Notes: a model not told the origin generated them from the letters alone. A DNA stretch of 32,000 bases from Aliivibrio fischeri ES114 (GCF_000011805.1 NC_006840.2); one strand, 5' to 3'. Counted from the first letter of the stretch, positions 1-8,684 are shown. Made by a program: numbers and translations.

Positions 1-224
1 GCTCTGCCGAGTATTTGGCCATCTTCATCTTTAATTAACGTTGGGTAAAGTAGCCCTTTTTTATATTCAGCCAGACAAAAATTAACATGTTCTTTTATGC
101 CATTATCATCAAAGAAATCATCGTCTCTGGCTTCAATGAAAGATTCAAACCACTCTTTATTGTTTAGTTCAAACTTTAGTAATGCCGACGCATCACTTTG
201 TTTTAGTAATTCTAATTTGACCAT
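1..224 (-). CDS. GNAT-like N-acetyltransferase, N-terminal fragment (gene runs off the left window edge)
   Basis: My own minus-strand translation from the ATG at 224-222 gives MVKLELLKQSDASALLKFELNNKEWFESFIEARDDDFFDDNGIKEHVNFCLAEYKKGLLYPTLIKDEDGQILGR, open to the window edge. An SD-like AGAGGGA lies just upstream. The N-terminal pattern resembles RimJ/RimL-type GNAT proteins, but the family call is tentative. Confidence 0.4.
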   Translation of the reverse strand, partial: MVKLELLKQSDASALLKFELNNKEWFESFIEARDDDFFDDNGIKEHVNFCLAEYKKGLLYPTLIKDEDGQILGR

Positions 225-310
225 TATTAATCCCTCTTATGTTATTTCCTTTAGCAATGGCGTTAACTGAATTTACGTTAATATTATGTTGCTATAAATT
301 GATTATAGAC

Positions 311-339
311 AAAAAAAAGCCACGATATGTGATCGTGGC
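311..339 (-). terminator. Rho-independent terminator downstream of the U32 gene
   Basis: Perfect 8-bp stem GCCACGAT (319-326) / ATCGTGGC (332-339) with a 5-nt loop. The A8 run at 311-318 becomes a U-run on the minus-strand transcript. Confidence 0.75.
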
Positions 340-368
340 TGACTATTTAAATCAAAGCGAAAAATTGA

Positions 369-2612
369 TTAAAGACCTTTCACATACTGATTATGTGTAT
401 TAATAGGTACCATTGAATATAACGCTTCTTGAACCGCAGTTTCACCTTTAACCAGAGCCTCAAAGTGCGTTGCTAACTTAACAATATCCGCTTGTTCTTT
501 AGAACCACCACCAATATTAGTTAAATCAATAAAGAATTCATCAAACAAATCAGATAAATCATTAACGACATCCATGTTTAAAAACTGCTCATGGTTATAA
601 ATACTTGGGTAGCCACCTTTTTGCTTATCTACAGCAAAAGAGACCCCTTTCATGTTCGTAATAGTTGTCGCTTTTTCACACTTAATCATACAACCCGCTT
701 CAATCGCACGCTTATTACAACCAACCGTTTGTTGGAAGAAGCATTGACGACTTGTCATCAACAAAATTGGATGATAAATGCTGTAAAGTAACTTAAAGTT
801 TTCAGGACGACGAATGTGTTTCATTTGTCCTTGATTTATTTCATTAGAAATGAACGCACCAGCACAATTAAACTCTTCTTTTAGTGTAATTAATGCGTGT
901 GAGTTGGTGGTATTCATGAATGGACCCGCAACCCACTCAATTCCCATTTCATAAGCTTTATAAGCAATACCTGTATTATTAGTAACAATACGTGCAGGTT
1001 TCACTTCTTCAAGGAATTTCACAGCTTCATTATAATCTTTACCAATCAATACCGCAGGGAACCATGGGATCAATCTTGGATTTTCTGAGAAGATGTTGAT
1101 GTACGTTTTATCATTGCGTCTAAAACTTTCTGGTAACTTAAAGTAAATATCTGCATCAGTAGCATCACATATTTTTAAGTCGGCAATATCTGCGATAAGC
1201 ATAGATAGCTTAGGTTGCTGTTCAACTTTCGGCTTCTGAGCTAATTTTGGTAATTCAACATGTTTAATAACGGCTTTATTTCCATTTAAACGATACGCAA
1301 TCTGATCTTTTAGATCTGAAAGTTCTTTAAAAGGCAGGATTAAACCTTCATCAACTTGAGAAAAATCATAGCCAGAGAACTCATAATCGCTATTAGAAAC
1401 CCCTTTAAAGCGTTTCTCTAGCTCTTTTTGTGTAATTGACTTCTCACCAGCAGCCATAAGTAACGATGTCGATTCTAATTCAAAGATCTCTTTTGAAGTT
1501 GCTACCACCACTTTTAATGGACTATCAAGCTGTGCTTTAAATGCAATGGATAATGGCAGTTTTGAAATATCCAGATCTTGAATTTTCTCACGTAGCTCTT
1601 CACCAAGATTGTCTTTTGCTGCGTTCAATTCAGCTTTAACATCATGAATTTGAACCACATCAATGGCATTACTTTTCTCTACCGCATGAGTAACACTGTG
1701 ATCTCTAGGGTTATCGATGAACATGTCTTTGGTTAAGTTACCAGTCAAAAATGAATTGGTAAAATCACGGTTAAACACTTTGTGAAGGTTTGAATCATCT
1801 TCTAATAAATCGCCAGACTCGATGAATTTATTGATGTTTTTGCGCCAATTATCAATAACCGTATAAACGTAATGAGAGCCTTTAATACGCCCTTCTACTT
1901 TTAAAGAATCAACTTTAGCATCAACCAGATCTGGCAAATCAAAATACGCTGAGTTGTCTTTTAAGTTTAGAGGGTATTTGTTACCAACCGCGGTTTCTTC
2001 GTATTCATCACGACATGCTTGGCTACAACGGCCACGGTTACCTGAGTTACCCGCACTTACTGATGTTGAATAACATTGACCAGAAAATGCAATACATAGT
2101 GAACCATGAACAAACACTTCGGTTAGCACATCGTGCTCATGAGCAACAGCAGTCAGTGATTTCACTTCTTCAATATTTAGTTCACGAGATAAATTAACAC
2201 GAGAAGCCCCTAACTTAGCTAAGAACTTAATTTGTCCTTCATTATGCGTAGTTAATTGCGTTGAAGCGTGAACATCGAGTGTTGGGAAGTATTTTTTCAC
2301 TAAATCAAACATCGCTAAATCTTGCACAATAATGCCGTCAACTGATGTATTCACTAGTTGATTAAGTAATTTAGCAATGCTTTTAATTTCATGTTCAAGA
2401 AGAACAATATTCAAAGTAAGGAATACTTCACAGCCATGCTCATGAGCAAGGCGTAAAATACCAGTCAATTCATCAAATGAGAGATTGGATGCACGGTTAC
2501 GGGCGTTAAATACATCTAAGCCACAATAAACGGCATTTGCCCCTGCTACGATGGCCGCCTTTATCGCTTCTACATCACCGCCGGGTGCCAATAATTCAAG
2601 TTTTCTGCTCAT
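369..2612 (-). CDS. U32-family (peptidase U32 / PrtC-like) Fe-S protein with two tandem U32-like halves, possibly RlhA-like
   Basis: Long ORF. The N-terminus MSRKLELLAPGGDVEAIKAAIVAGANAVYCGL is typical of U32 proteins (compare E. coli YhbU and YegQ). Cys motif C-x6-C-x15-C-x3-C (CIAFSGQCYSTSVSAGNSGNRGRCSQAC) sits in the first half and C-x7-C-x8-C-x3-C (CFFQQTVGCNKRAIEAGCMIKC) in the second. I prefer the ATG at 2612 over the GTG at 2627 by N-terminal alignment with family members. Confidence 0.85.
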   Translation of the reverse strand: MSRKLELLAPGGDVEAIKAAIVAGANAVYCGLDVFNARNRASNLSFDELTGILRLAHEHGCEVFLTLNIVLLEHEIKSIAKLLNQLVNTSVDGIIVQDLAMFDLVKKYFPTLDVHASTQLTTHNEGQIKFLAKLGASRVNLSRELNIEEVKSLTAVAHEHDVLTEVFVHGSLCIAFSGQCYSTSVSAGNSGNRGRCSQACRDEYEETAVGNKYPLNLKDNSAYFDLPDLVDAKVDSLKVEGRIKGSHYVYTVIDNWRKNINKFIESGDLLEDDSNLHKVFNRDFTNSFLTGNLTKDMFIDNPRDHSVTHAVEKSNAIDVVQIHDVKAELNAAKDNLGEELREKIQDLDISKLPLSIAFKAQLDSPLKVVVATSKEIFELESTSLLMAAGEKSITQKELEKRFKGVSNSDYEFSGYDFSQVDEGLILPFKELSDLKDQIAYRLNGNKAVIKHVELPKLAQKPKVEQQPKLSMLIADIADLKICDATDADIYFKLPESFRRNDKTYINIFSENPRLIPWFPAVLIGKDYNEAVKFLEEVKPARIVTNNTGIAYKAYEMGIEWVAGPFMNTTNSHALITLKEEFNCAGAFISNEINQGQMKHIRRPENFKLLYSIYHPILLMTSRQCFFQQTVGCNKRAIEAGCMIKCEKATTITNMKGVSFAVDKQKGGYPSIYNHEQFLNMDVVNDLSDLFDEFFIDLTNIGGGSKEQADIVKLATHFEALVKGETAVQEALYSMVPINTHNQYVKGL

Positions 2613-2783
2613 TCTGAAATTGCTCACTTCGTTTTGCTGTAATAATTTTTGAGGGAGTATTCTACTCGCCTCACACTTTTATTACCAGAAGTAAGGGTTT
2701 TTATTGATCCAGATCATGAGGTATAACTATGATTTTCATTAGCAATGACACATATTCGACTTCATTCAAAGTTTAAGGTAACG

Positions 2784-3428
2784 ATGACTATTCCTATTCT
2801 CTACTCATTACGACAGTGCCCATACGCAATGCGTGCACGCTTAGCCATTCTGTATGCAGGACAAACTGTTGTGCTACGAGATGTAGACATGATGAATAAA
2901 CCAAAAGAAATGTTATCCATTTCCCCTAAAGGCACGGTACCTGTACTTCATTTTGAAGATACGGTTATTGAAGAAAGTGTTGATGTGATGCTTTGGACAC
3001 TAACCCAATCCGACCCAAGAAACTTACTATACCATCATGATTTGCTTCAGCTTCCATTGATGTTGGATCTCATTCAAAAAAGTGACTCTGAATTTGTGCA
3101 AATTTTACAAAAATACAGGGCTGCTTCTCGCTATCATGACGATAATGAAATGGAGTATAGGGATAAGTGTGTCGAATGGTTATCAGACATTGAAGAGCGA
3201 TTATCTAAACATACATTTATCATGGGGGAAAGTGCCAGTATCGTTGATTACGCGCTTTTGCCTTTTATTCGCCAATTCTCTCGAGTAGATAAGAAATGGT
3301 ACAACATCGCTCCTTTGCCACATTTAAGAGCTTGGCTTGTTCGCCATTATAACGACCCTATTTTCTCTAAAGCCATGACAATCTACCCTAAATGGAACCG
3401 TGATGCTGAACCTGTCATTTTCGGTTAA
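2784..3428 (+). CDS. Glutathione S-transferase family protein (thioredoxin-fold N-domain with CPYA motif)
   Basis: ORF with LYSLRQCPYAMRARL...SPKGTVPVL, a GST N-terminal / Grx2-like signature. I prefer the ATG at 2784, which follows AAGG, over the upstream ATG at 2745. Confidence 0.7.
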   Translation: MTIPILYSLRQCPYAMRARLAILYAGQTVVLRDVDMMNKPKEMLSISPKGTVPVLHFEDTVIEESVDVMLWTLTQSDPRNLLYHHDLLQLPLMLDLIQKSDSEFVQILQKYRAASRYHDDNEMEYRDKCVEWLSDIEERLSKHTFIMGESASIVDYALLPFIRQFSRVDKKWYNIAPLPHLRAWLVRHYNDPIFSKAMTIYPKWNRDAEPVIFG

Positions 3429-3898
3429 GATTCCCCCATATAACCACTGAAACAAAGAGAGCGCTCCATCTCAACAAAATGCTCATCTTCTCTGACAATT
3501 TGATAGCCTAACGAAAGATAAAAATTGATAACCGATTTATTGACTTTGAATGCGGATAAGCAAGATTTTGTGACAGCGTCACTATAGTGCTTTTGATAAC
3601 ACTTCATAACTGCGGTGCCTACGCCTTTATTTTGGTATTTTTCAAAAACAATCAATAAGTGAATATGAATCGTACTTCTAATGGCGTCGGGCTTAGTGCA
3701 AATGATCCCTAGGCGCTCACCATTATACATTATCCAATCAAACCACTCTTTTTGGTATGATTGATTAAAGCGCTGTTGTTGGTACAATTCATCCCAACCC
3801 AGCGCTTCCTCTATCGTTGGTTTCAAGTACTTTTTGTAAATAGAGAATAAGGACGGATACTCACAATCAGTTACTCGTTGAAATATGATTTTATCCAT
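3425..3898 (-). CDS. GNAT family N-acetyltransferase
   Basis: 157-aa ORF. The acetyl-CoA motif region LLIVFEKYQNKGVGTAVM matches the Q/RxxGxG/A type. The stop codon overlaps the GST stop within TTAA at 3425-3428. Confidence 0.8.
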   Translation of the reverse strand: MDKIIFQRVTDCEYPSLFSIYKKYLKPTIEEALGWDELYQQQRFNQSYQKEWFDWIMYNGERLGIICTKPDAIRSTIHIHLLIVFEKYQNKGVGTAVMKCYQKHYSDAVTKSCLSAFKVNKSVINFYLSLGYQIVREDEHFVEMERSLCFSGYMGES

Positions 3899-3987
3899 AA
3901 CATTATCCTTATCTCATAAATCCATGACTCATACTTGCAATAGACTCTTTCAGTTTAGACCATCATGATGGTTTCACTTAACTACCA

Positions 3988-4434
3988 CTACAATTTCTTT
4001 AAAAATTTGATCTTACTATTGTCGCTTGAGCCTTCATCTTCGTAGCCTGAAATGTGATATCCACTAGAGATAAGCAGTTGCAACATGGCAGGATAACGAT
4101 TCATTGATTTAACACTGATCGCTTCATAACCTTGCTTTTTAGCCCACTCTTCTTGGGTCACTCTTAACTGAGTTGCAATGCCTTGCTTTCTTGCACTTGG
4201 GACGACACCACCTAGCCAACTATAGAACTCAGAGTCAGAAAGTTGGTAGCCCATCTTATACGCTACTGGAATACCTTCAGAGACAGCAACTAAGATAAGG
4301 TGCTTTTTATCACTTAGACGTTGTGTCAGTTTCTCATGTGTATTTCGGTTATCAAATTCAGGGATTTGTTGATCAACAATAAGAACGTCTGCCACTGCGC
4401 CTTGATGTATTTCTATTTTCATTTTACTTTCCAT
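3988..4434 (-). CDS. GNAT family N-acetyltransferase
   Basis: 148-aa ORF with motif GVVPSARKQGIATQL (RxxGxA). An alternative start at ATG 4422 (MKIEIHQ) is possible. Confidence 0.8.
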   Translation of the reverse strand: MESKMKIEIHQGAVADVLIVDQQIPEFDNRNTHEKLTQRLSDKKHLILVAVSEGIPVAYKMGYQLSDSEFYSWLGGVVPSARKQGIATQLRVTQEEWAKKQGYEAISVKSMNRYPAMLQLLISSGYHISGYEDEGSSDNSKIKFLKKL

Positions 4435-4641
4435 CTAAAACCATCGTTTTTATTTTGTATGCTTTTTCAAAGTGATCTAATTTATGTGTTGATATCCACC
4501 ATGTCGCCGCTTCCATTAACAGCTCAGGGTCATCATTTTTATTAGCAAAAAAGCATAAAAAGAGACACCAACGTTATCTCCCTTTTGTTCTATTTTTTTA
4601 TCACAAACCGCAATTACTTTATCTCTTAGGCTTTGTCGCAT
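4424..4641 (-). pseudogene. Small ORF split by a frameshift at an A5 run (about 72 aa if restored), or two tiny ORFs
   Basis: My own translation gives two pieces. ATG 4641 with an AAGGG SD gives MRQSLRDKVIAVCDKKIEQKGDNVGVSFYAFLLIKMMTLSC*, stop at 4518-4516. A second frame reads ...NDDPELLMEAATWWISTHKLDHFEKAYKIKTMVLDGK*, stop at 4426-4424. One extra A in the run at 4536-4540 would join them. Confidence 0.3.
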
Positions 4642-4675
4642 TATCTAACCCTTGACTCTTCAAAGAACAAACTCA

Positions 4676-5521
4676 TTATTCAATCGGTAAATTGTGATTA
4701 CTTCCCCAATCAGCCCATGAACCATCGTATAAAACGACATTTTTATAGCCAATTGAAACCGCTGCCAAAATTAAAATACAAGCCGTTATGCCTGAACCAC
4801 AACTGAAAAATACCTTTGTTATATTTGATGGTACTCTTTCTTGAAAAATCGAGTTCAAAATCTCTTTATTTTTAAAGGTCGTATTATCTAACAACATAGC
4901 AAATGGGAGATTTTTAGAACTTGGAATATGACCGCTACGAACCCCTTCACGAGGCTCAGCTGCTTTACCTAAAAATCGCATCTCACCGCGTGCATCTAAA
5001 ATGACGGCATCTGTATCGATAACGTGAAGGATCTCATCTGAATCACAAGCTAAATGCCTATTCGGCTTAGCGACCGCATTACCTAAAGAAGGTATTTGTT
5101 GGTAAGAAGTAACGACTTCCCTCTTTTCTTCTTGCCATTTTGGTAAGCCGCCATCTAATACATAAACGTGCTCAAACCCCATTACTTTAAATGTCCACCA
5201 AGCACGTGGAGATGAGTAGATCCCTTGGTTATCGTATATCACAACGATGGAATCTGAATTAATGCCAAGCTCTTGAACGGCTTTTGTAAACTGTGATTCT
5301 GTTGGTAATGCATGAATTTGAGAAGATGCGTGATCGCAAAAATCCAACTCAACATCAAGCTTACGCGACTTCGGTAAACAACAAAACTCGTCATAAACAA
5401 TCGGTTCTTTGCCAACAATATTCGCCATATAGGCATCAACAATGACAAGATTAGTATCATTAATATGTTCTGCTAGCCACTCGGTAGTAACTAATGGGTT
5501 ATCAGCTAATAATTGATTCAT
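4676..5521 (-). CDS. sseA: 3-mercaptopyruvate sulfurtransferase (tandem rhodanese domains)
   Basis: 281 aa, the same length as E. coli SseA. Active-site loop CGSGITAC matches the CG[ST]GVTA type. PRAWW and GHIP motifs are present, and a GGGAG SD lies upstream. Confidence 0.85.
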   Translation of the reverse strand: MNQLLADNPLVTTEWLAEHINDTNLVIVDAYMANIVGKEPIVYDEFCCLPKSRKLDVELDFCDHASSQIHALPTESQFTKAVQELGINSDSIVVIYDNQGIYSSPRAWWTFKVMGFEHVYVLDGGLPKWQEEKREVVTSYQQIPSLGNAVAKPNRHLACDSDEILHVIDTDAVILDARGEMRFLGKAAEPREGVRSGHIPSSKNLPFAMLLDNTTFKNKEILNSIFQERVPSNITKVFFSCGSGITACILILAAVSIGYKNVVLYDGSWADWGSNHNLPIE

Positions 5522-5544
5522 GATGACTCCCTATTTGGTCTCTG

Positions 5545-6327
5545 TTAGCTATCATACGTAATATTCATCACATCAGGGTGAATAAATTCATAACCTAACG
5601 CTTCTTTTATTTTATGATTACTGATGATTTTAAATGTTTGTTCATTGGATTCGATAAACGTTGGCGTTTCAACGCCAATACGTTGCGTTGCTTGTGTATA
5701 AAACTCACGCTTACTTGGATGAGTATCAGCACACGCATTAAAGATCTCATTCCATTTTTCTTGCTTAATAATTTGAGTGATCAGCCCAATACAGTCATCC
5801 TGATGGATCATATTTACTGGTACATCAGGGTTACTCACAGAGCGCCCACTTTTGGCAAAAAAGCGTCCTGGATTCCGTGAATACCCTACAAGTCCACTAA
5901 ATCGAATTACGGTTGTTGTGAACTTAGTCGACTGCATAAATAAACGTTCAATCTGTGATAATGCAGAAGAAGGTATGGTTGCATCTTCTTCAGTAACCAC
6001 TCGATTAGCATCCTCATAAACTGATGTGGAGCTTACAAATAGCACATGTTTTATCGACGAGGCTTCAATAATAGGAATTAAAGAGGTAAACCCTTCGATA
6101 TTTTTTGATGGTATCGCAATGATTAAAACATCGGAGGTTAGAAACTGACTCCATGATTGTTCAACGGCATCGATATCCAATAAATACGGTTTAATATGAT
6201 TTTTTTCTAATTCACTTATTTTATTCGAACTTCTTATAGAGCCTTTGACCATAAAACCAGTATCAACGAGGTGTTTTGCTAAAGGCAACCCTAACCAGCC
6301 ACATCCCAGTACGCTTATTGATGTCAT
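5545..6327 (-). CDS. NAD(P)-binding Rossmann-fold protein (SDR / epimerase-like)
   Basis: 260-aa ORF with the N-terminal dinucleotide-binding motif VLGCGWLGLPLAKHL. Only 19-23 nt separate it from its flanking genes. Confidence 0.65.
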   Translation of the reverse strand: MTSISVLGCGWLGLPLAKHLVDTGFMVKGSIRSSNKISELEKNHIKPYLLDIDAVEQSWSQFLTSDVLIIAIPSKNIEGFTSLIPIIEASSIKHVLFVSSTSVYEDANRVVTEEDATIPSSALSQIERLFMQSTKFTTTVIRFSGLVGYSRNPGRFFAKSGRSVSNPDVPVNMIHQDDCIGLITQIIKQEKWNEIFNACADTHPSKREFYTQATQRIGVETPTFIESNEQTFKIISNHKIKEALGYEFIHPDVMNITYDS

Positions 6328-6346
6328 AATAGTCCCTAATCTTTAT

Positions 6347-6793
6347 TTAATTTATATCTAAAGCAAGTACCAAACGATCTTCGCCAAGACCAAAATAGTC
6401 CTGCTCTTCCTTCAATAAATAGAATCCATAGGATTGGTATAGTGCGTATGCTTTTTTATTTTTTGGGCATACGGTTAACAACAGTCTGTCATACTCTTTT
6501 GCAGTTGCAATTGCCGTTTCAAGCAATTTTTTCCCAAGGCCACAACCTTGTGCTGCTTTTGATACCGCAACCGCTAATATCCAAGCATCACCTTTAACCA
6601 CACTTGATGGTACTTGCAATACATAACCAAGCGTTTCTTTCTCTTTTTTAGCAACTAATAAGCCATCAGCCCAGCAATCAAATGCTTGTCTAATAAAGAA
6701 AGATGGATAACCATGATCACCAAAGGCTTCAGTTTCAATATCAAAAATTCGAGCCAAATCGGTTTTTTCTGCTGTGCGAATACTTACCATCAA
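6347..6793 (-). CDS. GNAT family N-acetyltransferase (RimI-like)
   Basis: 148-aa ORF with the acetyl-CoA motif VAVSKAAQGCGLGKKLLE. Confidence 0.8.
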   Translation of the reverse strand: MMVSIRTAEKTDLARIFDIETEAFGDHGYPSFFIRQAFDCWADGLLVAKKEKETLGYVLQVPSSVVKGDAWILAVAVSKAAQGCGLGKKLLETAIATAKEYDRLLLTVCPKNKKAYALYQSYGFYLLKEEQDYFGLGEDRLVLALDIN

Positions 6794-6975
6794 TACATTT
6801 CCCTTTCTACTTCATGAATCACATTGCGTATGTGCTTTTGTTTATATTTCATACTATTTGAAACAACTCGCATTGTTAAAACAGATATAACGGATGAGAT
6901 AACTAAATCTACTAAAAACTCCTATAGTTATTCCAACTTAATTTCGTTTTTAAATTATCACAAGGAACGTTAATC

Positions 6976-8667
6976 ATGTTTAAACTCGCTCTTTTACCTT
7001 CATTGCTAGCATGCAGTTTTGCAGCGAATAGTTTTACAATGAACCCTCAACCTGACCCTGATAATCCAACAGGTTATGTTGTCTCTAAAGCTGAAATTAA
7101 AGCAGCTGAAGATGCGAAAACATTAGACCCTATGTACGATGTTTGGGCTAAAGCATTAGAAACTCGTCCTAATAGCGTTGTTGAAGCCATTGATGCGGGC
7201 GTTCCTACTAACCCAGATAACGTGAAACGTGTTGAACGAGTTTTTCCGCAATCTGAATGGTTCTTCTTAACCCAAATGGCGGCTCCAGAATATACTTATA
7301 CTCGCTTCTTACGTGCTATTGGTAAATTCCCTGCGTTCTGTGGTGACTATACAGATGGACGCGATGCTGATGCTATTTGTAAAAAATCCATTGTAACGGC
7401 ATTTGCACATTTCTCACAAGAAACGGGTGGCCATATTGCTGTAGATAACGTATCAGACAACCCACTAGGACTTGAAGAATGGCAGCAAGCACTTGTTCAC
7501 GTTCGTGAAATGGGATGGTCAGAAGGTCAAGAAGGTTATACAACAGGTTGTGGCCAAAATGATTGGCAAAACAAACGTTGGCCGTGTGCAGCAGGTCAAG
7601 GTTACTTTGGCCGCGGTGCTAAACAGCTTTCTTACCACTTTAACTACGGTGCTTTCTCTGAAGTCATGTATGACGGCGATGCGACTGTATTATTAAACAA
7701 TCCAGGTTTAGTTGCTGATTCTTGGCTAAACTTAGCGTCTGCTATTTGGTTCTTCTTAACACCGCAAGCGCCAAAACCAGCAATGCTTCACGTTATTGAT
7801 CGCACATGGACACCATCACAACGTGAAACAGATGCAGGAATTGGTTACGGATTTGGTACGACTATTAACGTAATTAATGGTGGTATCGAATGTGGTGAGC
7901 AGAATAAGGATAAAGGACAACCAGTTAACCGTATTCGTTACTGGGAAGGACTGTCTTCACATTACGAAATCCCAGTGGAAGCAGACGAGAAAAATACTTG
8001 TTGGCAGCAAACTCCTTACGGTAGTTTGAACCTAAATGGTGCAACGGATGTACTTTATACTAACTGGGATGGTAACTGGAAATATTACCCAGATCGTCCA
8101 GAAGGTGCGTCTTTTGAGTGTGAATTAGTTGGCTTCCAAACCGCCTACTCTGCGCTTGTTCCTGGTGATTATGAAAAATGTGTCACTAACTTCTATGGTT
8201 CTCATGCAAATTGGCCTGAAACTCGAGTTGTAGAAACACTACCAACAGACCCATCTGAACCAACGGATCCGACAGACCCAGCAAATACATGGGATGCAAA
8301 CAAAGTTTATAATACAGGTGATCAAGTTGTTGTTAACGGCGTAACTTATCAAGCTAAATGGTGGAACCAAGGTGATAACCCAGCAACAAGTACAACTGGT
8401 GTTTGGGAAGTAATCAGCGGTACACCAACAGAACCAACACCTCCTGTAGCCGTTGAGCCAACTCCTGTTGAACCTACACCACCGGCACCAGTTGAACCTA
8501 CTCCGCCAACGGAGCCAACAGATCCATCATCAACGTGGGATGCAGCTGCAACATACAACACTGGTGACCAAGTTACGGTTAATGGTGTTACGTATCAAGC
8601 TCAGTGGTGGACTCAAGGCAATAACCCAGAAACATCTGGTGAATGGGGAGTTTGGAAAAGAGTTTAA
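6976..8667 (+). CDS. Secreted glycoside hydrolase family 19 chitinase with two C-terminal CBM5/12-type chitin-binding modules
   Basis: Signal-peptide-like N-terminus. GH19 motifs FAHFSQETGG and YFGRGAKQLSYHFNYG are present. Two modules carry the pattern YxxGDxVxxNGxxYxAxWWxQGxxP (AKWWNQGDNP and AQWWTQGNNP). An AAGGAA SD lies upstream. Confidence 0.9.
   Translation: MFKLALLPSLLACSFAANSFTMNPQPDPDNPTGYVVSKAEIKAAEDAKTLDPMYDVWAKALETRPNSVVEAIDAGVPTNPDNVKRVERVFPQSEWFFLTQMAAPEYTYTRFLRAIGKFPAFCGDYTDGRDADAICKKSIVTAFAHFSQETGGHIAVDNVSDNPLGLEEWQQALVHVREMGWSEGQEGYTTGCGQNDWQNKRWPCAAGQGYFGRGAKQLSYHFNYGAFSEVMYDGDATVLLNNPGLVADSWLNLASAIWFFLTPQAPKPAMLHVIDRTWTPSQRETDAGIGYGFGTTINVINGGIECGEQNKDKGQPVNRIRYWEGLSSHYEIPVEADEKNTCWQQTPYGSLNLNGATDVLYTNWDGNWKYYPDRPEGASFECELVGFQTAYSALVPGDYEKCVTNFYGSHANWPETRVVETLPTDPSEPTDPTDPANTWDANKVYNTGDQVVVNGVTYQAKWWNQGDNPATSTTGVWEVISGTPTEPTPPVAVEPTPVEPTPPAPVEPTPPTEPTDPSSTWDAAATYNTGDQVTVNGVTYQAQWWTQGNNPETSGEWGVWKRV
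8241..8283 (+). repeat. Pro/Thr/Asp-rich interdomain linker (PTDPSEPTDPTDP)
   Basis: Low-complexity repeat seen in the translation between the catalytic domain and the first chitin-binding module. Confidence 0.7.
8421..8530 (+). repeat. Imperfect tandem (V)EPTP(P) linker repeats between the two chitin-binding modules
   Basis: Translation reads TPTEPTPPVAVEPTPVEPTPPAPVEPTPPTEPTDP. The DNA shows reiterated GAACC(T/A)AC(A/T)CC units. Confidence 0.7.
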
Positions 8668-8684
8668 TCATATCAAATAAAAAA

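Noticed and set aside
3959-3972. Palindrome ACCATCATGATGGT downstream of the GNAT gene at 3988, considered as a terminator.
   Set aside because: The stem is short, has essentially no loop, and is not followed by a U-tract on the minus strand. This is insufficient for a terminator call.
1-6793. The run of small GNAT genes looked like a Vibrio superintegron cassette array.
   Set aside because: No repeated attC/VCR-like element separates the genes. The spacers are 19-240 bp and unrelated to each other. No intI is present, and larger housekeeping-type genes (sseA, SDR-like, U32) are interspersed.
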